Assembly: GCA_964057225.1 (NCBI GenBank)
Contig: OZ059900.1
Coordinates: forward strand, 24,490,001-24,554,000
Reading direction: 5' to 3'
DNA: 64,000 nt
Origin: Auanema rhodensis
Lineage: Eukaryota; Animalia; Nematoda
Within the stretch, counting starts at the first letter, position 1, and every line of letters begins with the position of its first letter. The position numbers were made by a program, and so were the translations under genes. Below are positions 28,084-44,000 of the stretch, in pieces. Below the pieces are notes generated by a model, which ran no database searches, had not been told where the DNA came from, and saw only the letters and a program-made list of their open reading frames with translations.

Positions 28084-31000
28084 TATGCTGGAAAACCAGT
28101 TTTTGGAAATTTCGCTGTAAACAAGGTTTTGACTTACGATTTCATGTGTTCAAACTCATGCAATGTCAATGAAACCTAGCTCAAAATTGTTCGTACAACG
28201 TCTAGTTCCACTTTCACGACAAAAAAACAGGGGTTAGAAAATTAAGGAAATTAGCATATTCTGAGGGCACGCCCCTTATGGCTAATATTGATTAAATCGA
28301 TTTTTGTTCATATGAGTCGTCAAATGCAACGAATTTCAGCGTGTTACATACTAAAATGAAGCATTTTACATGCTGAACACTAGAAAAATACAAAAACACA
28401 GTATTTCCCATGAGAAATATTTTATTATGCTGGAAAACCAGTTTTTGGAAATTTCGCTGTAAACAAGGTTTTGACTTACGATTTCATGTGTTCAAACTCA
28501 TGCAATGTCAATGAAACCTAGCTCAAAATTGTTCCTACAACGTCTAGTTCCACTTTCACGACAAAAAAACAGGGGTTAGAAAATTAAGGAAATTAGCATA
28601 TTCTGAGGGCACGCCCTTTATGGCTAATATTGATTAAATCGATTTTTGTTCATATGAGTCGTCAAATGCAACGAATTTCAGCGTGTTACATACTAAAATG
28701 AAGCATTTCACATGCTGAACACTAGAAAAATACAAAAACACAGTAATACCCATGAGAAATATTTTATTATGCTGGAAAACCAGTTTTTGGAAATTTCGCT
28801 GTAAACAAGGTTTTGACTTACGATTTCATGTGTTCAAACTCATGCAATGTCAATGAAACCTAGCTCAAAATTGTTCGTACAACGTCTGGTTCCACTTTCA
28901 CGACAAAAAAACAGGGGTTAGAAAATTAAGGAAATTAGCATATTCTGAGGGCACGCCCCTTATGGCTAATATTGATTAAATCGATTTTTGTTCATATGAG
29001 TCGTCAAATGCAACGAATTTCAGCGTGTTACATACTAAAATGAAGCATTTTACATGCTGAACACTAGAAAAATACAAAAACACAGTATTTCCCATGAGAA
29101 ATATTTTATTATGCTGGAAAACCAGTTTTTGGAAATTTCGCTGTAAACAAGGTTTTGACTTACGATTTCATGTGTTCAAACTCATGCAATGTCAATGAAA
29201 CCTAGCTCAAAATTGTTCGTACAACGTCTAGTTCCACTTTCACGACAAAAAAACAGGGGTTAGAAAATTAAGGAAATTAGCATATTCTGAGGGCACGCCC
29301 CTTATGGCTAATATTGATTAAATCGATTTTTGTTCATATGAGTCGTCAAATGCAACGAATTTCAGCGTGTTACATACTAAAATGAAGCATTTCACATGCT
29401 GAACACTAGAAAAATACAAAAACACAGTATTTCCCATGAGAAATATTTTATTATGCTGGAAAACCAGTTTTTGGAAATTTCGCTGTAAACAAGGTTTTGA
29501 CTTACGATTTCATGTGTTCAAACTCATGCAATGTCAATGAAACCTAGCTCAAAATTGTTCGTACAACGTCTGGTTCCACTTTCACGACTAAAAAAAAACA
29601 GGGGTTAGAAAATTAAGGAAATTAGCATATTCTGAGGGCACGCCCCTTATGGCTAATATTGATTAAATCGATTTTTGTTCATATGAGTCGTCAAATGCAA
29701 CGAATTTCAGCGTGTTACATACTAAAATGAAGCATTTTACATGCTGAACACTAGAAAAATACAAAAACACAGTATTTCCCATGAGAAATATTTTATTATG
29801 CTGGAAAACCAGTTTTTGGAAATTTCGCTGTAAACAAGGTTTTGACTTACGATTTCATGTGTTCAAACTCATGCAATGTCAATGAAACCTAGCTCAAAAT
29901 TGTTCGTACAACGTCTAGTTCCACTTTCACGACAAAAAAACAGGGGTTAGAAAATTAAGGAAATTAGCATATTCTGAGGGCACGCCCCCTATGGCTAATA
30001 TTGATTAAATCGATTTTTGTTCATATGAGTCGTCAAATGCAACGAATTTCAGCGTGTTACATACTAAAATGAAGCATTTTACATGCTGAACACTAGAAAA
30101 ATACAAAAACACAGTATTTCCCATGAGAAATATTTTATTATGCTGGAAAACCAGTTTTTGGAAATTTCGCTGTAAACAAGGTTTTGACTTACGATTTCAT
30201 GTGTTCAAACTCATGCAATGTCAATGAAACCTAGCTCAAAATTGTTCCTACAACGTCTAGTTCCACTTTCACGACAAAAAAACAGGGGTTAGAAAATTAA
30301 GGAAATTAGCATATTCTGAGGGCACGCCCTTTATGGCTAATATTGATTAAATCGATTTTTGTTCATATGAGTCGTCAAATGCAACGAATTTCAGCGTGTT
30401 ACATACTAAAATGAAGCATTTCACATGCTGAACACTAGAAAAATACAAAAACACAGTAATACCCATGAGAAATATTTTATTATGCTGGAAAACCAGTTTT
30501 TGGAAATTTCGCTGTAAACAAGGTTTTGACTTACGATTTCATGTGTTCAAACTCATGCAATGTCAATGAAACCTAGCTCAAAATTGTTCGTACAACGTCT
30601 GGTTCCACTTTCACGACAAAAAAACAGGGGTTAGAAAATTAAGGAAATTAGCATATTCTGAGGGCACGCCCCTTATGGCTAATATTGATTAAATCGATTT
30701 TTGTTCATATGAGTCGTCAAATGCAACGAATTTCAGCGTGTTACATACTAAAATGAAGCATTTCACATGCTGAACACTAGAAAAATACAAAAACACAGTA
30801 TTTCCCATGAGAAATATTTTATTATGCTGGAAAACCAGTTTTTGGAAATTTCGCTGTAAACAAGGTTTTGACTTACGATTTCATGTGTTCAAACTCATGC
30901 AATGTCAATGAAACCTAGCTCAAAATTGTTCGTACAACGTCTAGTTCCACTTTCACGACAAAAAAACAGGGGTTAGAAAATTAAGGAAATTAGCATATTC

Positions 31001-34000
31001 TGAGGGCACGCCCCTTATGGCTAATATTGATTAAATCGATTTTTGTTCATATGAGTCGTCAAATGCAACGAATTTCAGCGTGTTACATACTAAAATGAAG
31101 CATTTTACATGCTGAACACTAGAAAAATACAAAAACACAGTATTTCCCATGAGAAATATTTTATTATGCTGGAAAACCAGTTTTTGGAAATTTCGCTGTA
31201 AACAAGGTTTTGACTTACGATTTCATGTGTTCAAACTCATGCAATGTCAATGAAACCTAGCTCAAAATTGTTCCTACAACGTCTAGTTCCACTTTCCCGA
31301 CAAAAAAACAGGGGTTAGAAAATTAAGGAAATTAGCATATTCTGAGGGCACGCCCTTTATGGCTAATATTGATTAAATCGATTTTTGTTCATATGAGTCG
31401 TCAAATGCAACGAATTTCAGCGTGTTACATACTAAAATGAAGCATTTCACATGCTGAACACTAGAAAAATACAAAAACACAGTAATACCCATGAGAAATA
31501 TTTTATTATGCTGGAAAACCAGTTTTTGGAAATTTCGCTGTAAACAAGGTTTTGACTTACGATTTCATGTGTTCAAACTCATGCAATGTCAATGAAACCT
31601 AGCTCAAAATTGTTCGTACAACGTCTGGTTCCACTTTCACGACAAAAAAACAGGGGTTAGAAAATTAAGGAAATTAGCATATTCTGAGGGCACGCCCCTT
31701 ATGGCTAATATTGATTAAATCGATTTTTGTTCATATGAGTCGTCAAATGCAACGAATTTCAGCGTGTTACATACTAAAATGAAGCATTTTACATGCTGAA
31801 CACTAGAAAAATACAAAAACACAGTATTTCCCATGAGAAATATTTTATTATGCTGGAAAACCAGTTTTTGGAAATTTCGCTGTAAACAAGGTTTTGACTT
31901 ACGATTTCATGTGTTCAAACTCATGCAATGTCAATGAAACCTAGCTCAAAATTGTTCGTACAACGTCTAGTTCCACTTTCACGACAAAAAAACAGGGGTT
32001 AGAAAATTAAGGAAATTAGCATATTCTGAGGGCACGCTCCTTATGGCTAATATTGATTAAATCGATTTTTGTTCATATGAGTCGTCAAATGCAACGAATT
32101 TCAGCGTGTTACATACTAAAATGAAGCATTTTACATGCTGAACACTAGAAAAATACAAAAACACAGTAATACCCATGAGAAATATTTTATTATGCTGGAA
32201 AACCAGTTTTTGGAAATTTCGCTGTAAACAAGGTTTTGACTTACGATTTCATGTGTTCAAACTCATGCAATGTCAATGAAACCTAGCTCAAAATTGTTAA
32301 TACAATGTCTAGTTCCACTTTCACGACAAAAAAACAGGGGTTAGAAAATTAAGGAAATTAGCATATTCTGAGGGCACGCCCTTTATGGCTAATATTGATT
32401 AAATCGATTTTTGTTCATATGAGTCGTCAAATGCAACGAATTTCAGCGTGTTACATACTAAAATGAAGCATTTTACATGCTGAACACTAGAAAAATACAA
32501 AAACACAGTATTTCCCATGAGAAATATTTTATTATGCTGGAAAACCAGTTTTTGGAAATTTCGCTGTAAACAAGGTTTTGACTTACGATTTCATGTGTTC
32601 AAACTCATGCAATGTCAATGAAACCTAGCTCAAAATTGTTCGTACAACGTCTAGTTCCACTTTCACGACTAAAAAACAGGGGTTAGAAAATTAAGGAAAT
32701 TAGCATATTCTGAGGGCACGCCCCTTATGGCTAATATTGATTAAATCGATTTTTGTTCATATGAGTCGTCAAATGCAACGAATTTCAGCGTGTTACATAC
32801 TAAAATGAAGCATTTCACATGCTGAACACTAGAAAAATACAAAAACACAGTATTTCCCATGAGAAATATTTTATTATGCTGGAAAACCAGTTTTTGGAAA
32901 TTTCGCTGTAAACAAGGTTTTGACTTACGATTTCATGTGTTCAAACTCATGCAATGTCAATGAAACCTAGCTCAAAATTGTTCGTACAACGTCTGGTTCC
33001 ACTTTCACGACTAAAAAAAAACAGGGGTTAGAAAATTAAGGAAATTAGCATATTCTGAGGGCACGCCCCTTATGGCTAATATTGATTAAATCGATTTTTG
33101 TTCATATGAGTCGTCAAATGCAACGAATTTCAGCGTGTTACATACTAAAATGAAGCATTTTACATGCTGAACACTAGAAAAATACAAAAACACAGTATTT
33201 CCCATGAGAAATATTTTATTATGCTGGAAAACCAGTTTTTGGAAATTTCGCTGTAAACAAGGTTTTGACTTACGATTTCATGTGTTCAAACTCATGCAAT
33301 GTCAATGAAACCTAGCTCAAAATTGTTCGTACAACGTCTAGTTCCACTTTCACGACAAAAAAACAGGGGTTAGAAAATTAAGGAAATTAGCATATTCTGA
33401 GGGCACGCCCCTTATGGCTAATATTGATTAAATCGATTTTTGTTCATATGAGTCGTCAAATGCAACGAATTTCAGCGTGTTACATACTAAAATGAAGCAT
33501 TTTACATGCTGAACACTAGAAAAATACAAAAACACAGTATTTCCCATGAGAAATATTTTATTATGCTGGAAAACCAGTTTTTGGAAATTTCGCTGTAAAC
33601 AAGGTTTTGACTTACGATTTCATGTGTTCAAACTCATGCAATGTCAATGAAACCTAGCTCAAAATTGTTCGTACAACGTCTAGTTCCACTTTCACTACTA
33701 AAAAACAGGGGTTAGAAAATTAAGGAAATTAGCATATTCTGAGGGCACGCCCCTTATGGCTAATATTGATTAAATCGATTTTTGTTCATATGAGTCGTCA
33801 AATGCAACGAATTTCAGCGTGTTACATACTAAAATGAAGCATTTCACATGCTGAACACTAGAAAAATACAAAAACACAGTATTTCCCATGAGAAATATTT
33901 TATTATGCTGGAAAACCAGTTTTTGGAAATTTCGCTGTAAACAAGGTTTTGACTTACGATTTCATGTGTTCAAACTCATGCAATGTCAATGAAACCTAGC

Positions 34001-34590
34001 TCAAAATTGTTCGTACAACGTCTGGTTCCACTTTCACGACTAAAAAAAAACAGGGGTTAGAAAATTAAGGAAATTAGCATATTCTGAGGGCACGCCCCTT
34101 ATGGCTAATATTGATTAAATCGATTTTTGTTCATATGAGTCGTCAAATGCAACGAATTTCAGCGTGTTACATACTAAAATGAAGCATTTTACATGCTGAA
34201 CACTAGAAAAATACAAAAACACAGTATTTCCCATGAGAAATATTTTATTATGCTGGAAAACCAGTTTTTGGAAATTTCGCTGTAAACAAGGTTTTGACTT
34301 ACGATTTCATGTGTTCAAACTCATGCAATGTCAATGAAACCTAGCTCAAAATTGTTCGTACAACGTCTAGTTCCACTTTCACGACAAAAAAACAGGGGTT
34401 AGAAAATTAAGGAAATTAGCATATTCTGAGGGCACGCCCCTTATGGCTAATATTGATTAAATCGATTTTTGTTCATATGAGTCGTCAAATGCAACGAATT
34501 TCAGCGTGTTACATACTAAAATGAAGCATTTTACATGCTGAACACTAGAAAAATACAAAAACACAGTAATACCCATGAGAAATATTTTAT

Positions 34591-37500
34591 TATGCTGGAA
34601 AACCAGTTTTTGGAAATTTCGCTGTAAACAAGGATTTGACTTACGATTTCATGTGTTCAAACTCATGCAATGTCAATGAAACCTAGCTCAAAATTGTTAA
34701 TACAATGTCTAGTTCCACTTTCACGACAAAAAAACAGGGGTTAGAAAATTAAGGAAATTAGCATATTCTGAGGGCACGCCCTTTATGGCTAATATTGATT
34801 AAATCGATTTTTGTTCATATGAGTCGTCAAATGCAACGAATTTCAGCGTGTTACATACTAAAATGAAGCATTTTACATGCTGAACACTAGAAAAATACAA
34901 AAACACAGTATTTCCCATGAGAAATATTTTATTATGCTGGAAAACCAGTTTTTGGAAATTTCGCTGTAAACAAGGTTTTGACTTACGATTTCATGTGTTC
35001 AAACTCATGCAATGTCAATGAAACCTAGCTCAAAAATGTTCGTACAACGTCTAGTTCCACTTTCACGACTAAAAAACAGGGGTTAGAAAATTAAGGAAAT
35101 TAGCATATTCTGAGGGCACGCCCCTTATGGCTAATATTGATTAAATCGATTTTTGTTCATATGAGTCGTCAAATGCAACGAATTTCAGCGTGTTACATAC
35201 TAAAATGAAGCATTTTACATGCTGAACACTAGAAAAATACAAAAACACAGTATTTCCCATGAGAAATATTTTATTATGCTGGAAAACCAGTTTTTGGAAA
35301 TTTCGCTGTAAACAAGGTTTTGACTTACGATTTCATGTGTTCAAACTCATGCAATGTCAATGAAACCTAGCTCAAAATTGTTCGTACAACGTCTAGTTCC
35401 ACTTTCACGACAAAAAAACAGGGGTTAGAAAATTAAGGAAATTAGCATATTCTGAGGGCACGCCCCTTATGGCTAATATTGATTAAAGCGATTTTTGTTC
35501 ATATGAGTCGTCAAATGCAACGAATTTCAGCGTGTTACATACTAAAATGAAGCATTTTACATGCTGAACACTAGAAAAATACAAAAACACAGTAATACCC
35601 ATGAGAAATATTTTATTATGCTGGAAAACCAGTTTTTGGAAATTTCGCTGTAAACAAGGTTTTGACTTACGATTTCATGTGTTCAAACTCATGCAATGTC
35701 AATGAAACCTAGCTCAAAATTGTTAATACAATGTCTAGTTCCACTTTCACGACAAAAAAACAGGGGTTAGAAAATTAAGGAAATTAGCATATTCTGAGGG
35801 CACGCCCTTTATGGCTAATATTGATTAAATCGATTTTTGTTCATATGAGTCGTCAAATGCAACGAATTTCAGCGTGTTACATACTAAAATGAAGCATTTT
35901 ACATGCTGAACACTAGAAAAATACAAAAACACAGTATTTCCCATGAGAAATATTTTATTATGCTGGAAAACCAGTTTTTGGAAATTTCGCTGTAAACAAG
36001 GTTTTGACTTACGATTTCATGTGTTCAAACTCATGCAATGTCAATGAAACCTAGCTCAAAATTGTTTGTACAACGTCTAGTTCCACTTTCACGACTAAAA
36101 AACAGGGGTTAGAAAATTAAGGAAATTAGCATATTCTGAGGGCACGCCCCTTATGGCTAATATTGATTAAATCGATTTTTGTTCATATGAGTCGTCAAAT
36201 GCAACGAATTTCAGCGTGTTACATACTAAAATGAAGCATTTCACATGCTGAACACTAGAAAAATACAAAAACACAGTATTTCCCATGAGAAATATTTTAT
36301 TATGCTGGAAAACCAGTTTTTGGAAATTTCGCTGTAAACAAGGTTTTGACTTACGATTTCATGTGTTCAAACTCATGCAATGTCAATGAAACCTAGCTCA
36401 AAATTGTTCGTACAACGTCTGGTTCCACTTTCACGACAAAAAAACAGGGGTTAGAAAATTAAGGAAATTAGCATATTCTGAGGGCACGCCCCTTATGGCT
36501 AATATTGATTAAATCGATTTTTGTTCATATGAGTCGTCAAATGCAACGAATTTCAGCGTGTTACATACTAAAATGAAGCATTTTACATGCTGAACACTAG
36601 AAAAATACAAAAACACAGTATTTCCCATGAGAAATATTTTATTATGCTGGAAAACCAGTTTTTGGAAATTTCGCTGTAAACAAGGTTTTGACTTACGATT
36701 TCATGTGTTCAAACTCATGCAATGTCAATGAAACCTAGCTCAAAATTGTTCGTACAACGTCTAGTTCCACTTTCACGACAAAAAAACAGGGGTTAGAAAA
36801 TTAAGGAAATTAGCATATTCTGAGGGCACGCCCCTTATGGCTAATATTGATTAAATCGATTTTTGTTCATATGAGTCGTCAAATGCAACGAATTTCAGCG
36901 TGTTACATACTAAAATGAAGCATTTTACATGCTGAACACTAGAAAAATACAAAAACACAGTAATACCCATGAGAAATATTTTATTATGCTGGAAAACCAG
37001 TTTTTGGAAATTTCGCTGTAAACAAGGTTTTGACTTACGATTTCATGTGTTCAAACTCATGCAATGTCAATGAAACCTAGCTCAAAATTGTTAATACAAT
37101 GTCTAGTTCCACTTTCACGACAAAAAAACAGGGGTTAGAAAATTAAGGAAATTAGCATATTCTGAGGGCACGCCCTTTATGGCTAATATTGATTAAATCG
37201 ATTTTTGTTCATATGAGTCGTCAAATGCAACGAATTTCAGCGTGTTACATACTAAAATGAAGCATTTTACATGCTGAACACTAGAAAAATACAAAAACAC
37301 AGTATTTCCCATGAGAAATATTTTATTATGCTGGAAAACCAGTTTTTGGAAATTTCGCTGTAAACAAGGTTTTGACTTACGATTTCATGTGTTCAAACTC
37401 ATGCAATGTCAATGAAACCTAGCTCAAAATTGTTCGTACAACGTCTAGTTCCACTTTCACGACTAAAAAACAGGGGTTAGAAAATTAAGGAAATTAGCAT

Positions 37501-39378
37501 ATTCTGAGGGCACGCCCCTTATGGCTAATATTGATTAAATCGATTTTTGTTCATATGAGTCGTCAAATGCAACGAATTTCAGCGTGTTACATACTAAAAT
37601 GAAGCATTTTACATGCTGAACACTAGAAAAATACAAAAACACAGTATTTCCCATGAGAAATATTTTATTATGCTGGAAAACCAGTTTTTGGAAATTTCGC
37701 TGTAAACAAGGTTTTGACTTACGATTTCATGTGTTCAAACTCATGCAATGTCAATGAAACCTAGCTCAAAATTGTTCGTACAACGTCTAGTTCCACTTTC
37801 ACGACAAAAAAACAGGGGTTAGAAAATTAAGGAAATTAGCATATTCTGAGGGCACGCCCCTTATGGCTAATATTGATTAAATCGATTTTTGTTCATATGA
37901 GTCGTCAAATGCAACGAATTTCAGCGTGTTACATACTAAAATGAAGCATTTTACATGCTGAACACTAGAAAAATACAAAAACACAGTAATACCCATGAGA
38001 AATATTTTATTATGCTGGAAAACCAGTTTTTGGAAATTTCGCTGTAAACAAGGTTTTGACTTACGATTTCATGTGTTCAAACTCATGCAATGTCAATGAA
38101 ACCTAGCTCAAAATTGTTAATACAATGTCTAGTTCCACTTTCACGACAAAAAAACAGGGGTTAGAAAATTAAGGAAATTAGCATATTCTGAGGGCACGCC
38201 CTTTATGGCTAATATTGATTAAATCGATTTTTGTTCATATGAGTCGTCAAATGCAACGAATTTCAGCGTGTTACATACTAAAATGAAGCATTTTACATGC
38301 TGAACACTAGAAAAATACAAAAACACAGTATTTCCCATGAGAAATATTTTATTATGCTGGAAAACCAGTTTTTGGAAATTTCGCTGTAAACAAGGTTTTG
38401 ACTTACGATTTCATGTGTTCAAACTCATGCAATGTCAATGAAACCTAGCTCAAAATTGTTCGTACAACGTCTAGTTCCACTTTCACGACTAAAAAACAGG
38501 GGTTAGAAAATTAAGGAAATTAGCATATTCTGAGGGCACGCCCCTTATGGCTAATATTGATTAAATCGATTTTTGTTCATATGAGTCGTCAAATGCAACG
38601 AATTTCAGCGTGTTACATACTAAAATGAAGCATTTCACATGCTGAACACTAGAAAAATACAAAAACACAGTATTTCCCATGAGAAATATTTTATTATGCT
38701 GGAAAACCAGTTTTTGGAAATTTCGCTGTAAACAAGGTTTTGACTTACGATTTCATGTGTTCAAACTCATGCAATGTCAATGAAACCTAGCTCAAAATTG
38801 TTCGTACAACGTCTGGTTCCACTTTCACGACAAAAAAACAGGGGTTAGAAAATTAAGGAAATTAGCATATTCTGAGGGCACGCCCCTTATGGCTAATATT
38901 GATTAAATCGATTTTTGTTCATATGAGTCGTCAAATGCAACGAATTTCAGCGTGTTACATACTAAAATGAAGCATTTTACATGCTGAACACTAGAAAAAT
39001 ACAAAAACACAGTATTTCCCATGAGAAATATTTTATTATGCTGGAAAACCAGTTTTTGGAAATTTCGCTGTAAACAAGGTTTTGACTTACGATTTCATGT
39101 GTTCAAACTCATGCAATGTCAATGAAACCTAGCTCAAAATTGTTCGTACAACGTCTAGTTCCACTTTCACGACAAAAAAACAGGGGTTAGAAAATTAAGG
39201 AAATTAGCATATTCTGAGGGCACGCCCCTTATGGCTAATATTGATTAAATCGATTTTTGTTCATATGAGTCGTCAAATGCAACGAATTTCAGCGTGTTAC
39301 ATACTAAAATGAAGCATTTTACATGCTGAACACTAGAAAAATACAAAAACACAGTAATACCCATGAGAAATATTTTAT
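34591..39378 (+). repeat. 7-monomer higher-order repeat x2 (2,394 bp)
   Basis: TTAATACAATG monomers start at 34591, 35617, 36985, 38011 and 39379. TCTGG monomers start at 36301 and 38695 (offset 2,394). Confidence 0.8.
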
Positions 39379-41088
39379 TATGCTGGAAAACCAGTTTTTG
39401 GAAATTTCGCTGTAAACAAGGTTTTGACTTACGATTTCATGTGTTCAAACTCATGCAATGTCAATGAAACCTAGCTCAAAATTGTTAATACAATGTCTAG
39501 TTCCACTTTCACGACAAAAAAACAGGGGTTAGAAAATTAAGGAAATTAGCATATTCTGAGGGCACGCCCTTTATGGCTAATATTGATTAAATCGATTTTT
39601 GTTCATATGAGTCGTCAAATGCAACGAATTTCAGCGTGTTACATACTAAAATGAAGCATTTTACATGCTGAACACTAGAAAAATACAAAAACACAGTATT
39701 TCCCATGAGAAATATTTTATTATGCTGGAAAACCAGTTTTTGGAAATTTCGCTGTAAACAAGGTTTTGACTTACGATTTCATGTGTTCAAACTCATGCAA
39801 TGTCAATGAAACCTAGCTCAAAATTGTTCGTACAACGTCTAGTTCCACTTTCACGACTAAAAAACAGGGGTTAGAAAATTAAGGAAATTAGCATATTCTG
39901 AGGGCACGCCCCTTATGGCTAATATTGATTAAATCGATTTTTGTTCATATGAGTCGTCAAATGCAACGAATTTCAGCGTGTTACATACTAAAATGAAGCA
40001 TTTTACATGCTGAACACTAGAAAAATACAAAAACACAGTATTTCCCATGAGAAATATTTTATTATGCTGGAAAACCAGTTTTTGGAAATTTCGCTGTAAA
40101 CAAGGTTTTGACTTACGATTTCATGTGTTCAAACTCATGCAATGTCAATGAAACCCAGCTCAAAATTGTTCGTACAACGTCTAGTTCCACTTTCACGACA
40201 AAAAAACAGGGGTTAGAAAATTAAGGAAATTAGCATATTCTGAGGGCACGCCCCTTATGGCTAATATTGATTAAATCGATTTTTGTTCATATGAGTCGTC
40301 AAATGCAACGAATTTCAGCGTGTTACATACTAAAATGAAGCATTTTACATGCTGAACACTAGAAAAATACAAAAACACAGTATTTCTCATGAGAAATATT
40401 TTATTATGCTGGAAAACCAGTTTTTGGAAATTTCGCTGTAAACAAGGTTTTGACTTACGATTTCATGTGTTCAAACTCATGCAATGTCAATGAAACCCAG
40501 CTCAAAATTGTTCGTACAACGTCTAGTTCCACTTTCACGACAAAAAAACAGGGGTTAGAAAATTAAGGAAATTAGCATATTCTGAGGGCACGCCCCTTAT
40601 GGCTAATATTGATTAAATCGATTTTTGTTCATATGAGTCGTCAAATGCAACGAATTTCAGCGTGTTACATACTAAAATGAAGCATTTTACATGCTGAACA
40701 CTAGAAAAATACAAAAACACAGTATTTCCCATGAGAAATATTTTATTATGCTGGAAAACCAGTTTTTGGAAATTTCGCTGTAAACAAGGTTTTGACTTAC
40801 GATTTCATGTGTTCAAACTCATGCAATGTCAATGAAACCTAGCTCAAAATTGTTCGTACAACGTCTAGTTCCACTTTCACGACAAAAAAACAGGGGTTAG
40901 AAAATTAAGGAAATTAGCATATTCTGAGGGCACGCCCCTTATGGCTAATATTGATTAAATCGATTTTTGTTCATATGAGTCGTCAAATGCAACGAATTTC
41001 AGCGTGTTACATACTAAAATGAAGCATTTCACATGCTGAACACTAGAAAAATACAAAAACACAGTAATACCCATGAGAAATATTTTAT

Positions 41089-44000
41089 TATGCTGGAAAA
41101 CCAGTTTTTGGAAATTTCGCTGTAAACAAGGTTTTGACTTACGATTTCATGTGTTCAAACTCATGCAATGTCAATGAAACCCAGCTCAAAATTGTTCGTA
41201 CAACGTCTAGTTCCACTTTCACGACAAAAAAACAGGGGTTAGAAAATTAAGGAAATTAGCATATTCTGAGGGCACGCCCCTTATGGCTAATATTGATTAA
41301 ATCGATTTTTGTTCATATGAGTCGTCAAATGCAACGAATTTCAGCGTGTTACATACTAAAATGAAGCATTTTACATGCTGAACACTAGAAAAATACAAAA
41401 ACACAGTATTTCCCATGAGAAATATTTTATTATGCTGGAAAACCAGTTTTTGGAAATTTCGCTGTAAACAAGGTTTTGACTTACGATTTCATGTGTTCAA
41501 ACTCATGCAATGTCAATGAATCCTAGCTCAAAATTGTTCGTACAACGTCTAGTTCCACTTTCACGACAAAAAAACAGGGGTTAGAAAATTAAGGAAATTA
41601 GCATATTCTGAGGGCACGCCCCTTATGGCTAATATTGATTAAATCGATTTTTGTTCATATGAGTCGTCAAATGCAACGAATTTCAGCGTGTTACATACTA
41701 AAATGAAGCATTTCACATGCTGAACACTAGAAAAATACAAAAACACAGTAATACCCATGAGAAATATTTTATTATGCTGGAAAACCAGTTTTTGGAAATT
41801 TCGCTGTAAACAAGGTTTTGACTTACGATTTCATGTGTTCAAACTCATGCAATGTCAATGAAACCTAGCTCAAAATTGTTCGTACAACGTCTAGTTCCAC
41901 TTTCACGACAAAAAAACAGGGGTTAGAAAATTAAGGAAATTAGCATATTCTGAGGGCACGCCCCTTATGGCTAATATTGATTAAATCGATTTTTGTTCAT
42001 ATGATTCGTCAAATGCAACGAATTTCAGCGTGTTACATACTAAAATGAACCATTTTACATGCTGAACACTAGAAAAATACAAAAACACAGTAATACCCAT
42101 GAGAAATATTTTATTATGCTGGAAAACCAGTTTTTGGAAATTTCGCTGTAAACAAGGTTTTGACTTACGATTTCATGTGTTCAAACTCATGCAATGTCAA
42201 TGAAACCTAGCTCAAAATTGTTAATACAATGTCTAGTTCCACTTTCACGACAAAAAAACAGGGGTTAGAAAATTAAGGAAATTAGCATATTCTGAGGGCA
42301 CGCCCTTTATGGCTAATATTGATTAAATCGATTTTTGTTCATATGAGTCGTCAAATGCAACGAATTTCAGCGTGTTACATACTAAAATGAAGCATTTTAC
42401 ATGCTGAACACTAGAAAAATACAAAAACACAGTATTTCCCATGAGAAATATTTTATTATGCTGGAAAACCAGTTTTTGGAAATTTCGCTGTAAACAAGGT
42501 TTTGACTTACGATTTCATGTGTTCAAACTCATGCAATGTCAATGAAACCTAGCTCAAAATTGTTCGTACAACGTCTAGTTCCACTTTCACGACTAAAAAA
42601 CAGGGGTTAGAAAATTAAGGAAATTAGCATATTCTGAGGGCACGCCCCTTATGGCTAATATTGATTAAATCGATTTTTGTTCATATGAGTCGTCAAATGC
42701 AACGAATTTCAGCGTGTTACATACTAAAATGAAGCATTTTACATGCTGAACACTAGAAAAATACAAAAACACAGTATTTCCCATGAGAAATATTTTATTA
42801 TGCTGGAAAACCAGTTTTTGGAAATTTCGCTGTAAACAAGGTTTTGACTTACGATTTCATGTGTTCAAACTCATGCAATGTCAATGAAACCCAGCTCAAA
42901 ATTGTTCGTACAACGTCTAGTTCCACTTTCACGACAAAAAAACAGGGGTTAGAAAATTAAGGAAATTAGCATATTCTGAGGGCACGCCCCTTATGGCTAA
43001 TATTGATTAAATCGATTTTTGTTCATATGAGTCGTCAAATGCAACGAATTTCAGCGTGTTACATACTAAAATGAAGCATTTTACATGCTGAACACTAGAA
43101 AAATACAAAAACACAGTATTTCCCATGAGAAATATTTTATTATGCTGGAAAACCAGTTTTTGGAAATTTCGCTGTAAACAAGGTTTTGACTTACGATTTC
43201 ATGTGTTCAAACTCATGCAATGTCAATGAAACCTAGCTCAAAATTGTTCCTACAACGTCTAGTTCCACTTTCACGACAAAAAAACAGGGGTTAGAAAATT
43301 AAGGAAATTAGCATATTCTGAGGGCACGCCCTTTATGGCTAATATTGATTAAATCGATTTTTGTTCATATGAGTCGTCAAATGCAACGAATTTCAGCGTG
43401 TTACATACTAAAATGAAGCATTTTACATGCTGAACACTAGAAAAATACAAAAACACAGTATTTCTCATGAGAAATATTTTATTATGCTGGAAAACCAGTT
43501 TTTGGAAATTTCGCTGTAAACAAGGTTTTGACTTACGATTTCATGTGTTCAAACTCATGCAATGTCAATGAAACCCAGCTCAAAATTGTTCGTACAACGT
43601 CTAGTTCCACTTTCACGACAAAAAAACAGGGGTTAGAAAATTAAGGAAATTAGCATATTCTGAGGGCACGCCCCTTATGGCTAATATTGATTAAATCGAT
43701 TTTTGTTCATATGAGTCGTCAAATGCAACGAATTTCAGCGTGTTACATACTAAAATGAAGCATTTTACATGCTGAACACTAGAAAAATACAAAAACACAG
43801 TATTTCCCATGAGAAATATTTTATTATGCTGGAAAACCAGTTTTTGGAAATTTCGCTGTAAACAAGGTTTTGACTTACGATTTCATTTGTTCAAACTCAT
43901 GCAATGTCAATGAAACCTAGCTCAAAATTGTTCGTACAACGTCTAGTTCCACTTTCACGACAAAAAAACAGGGGTTAGAAAATTAAGGAAATTAGCATAT

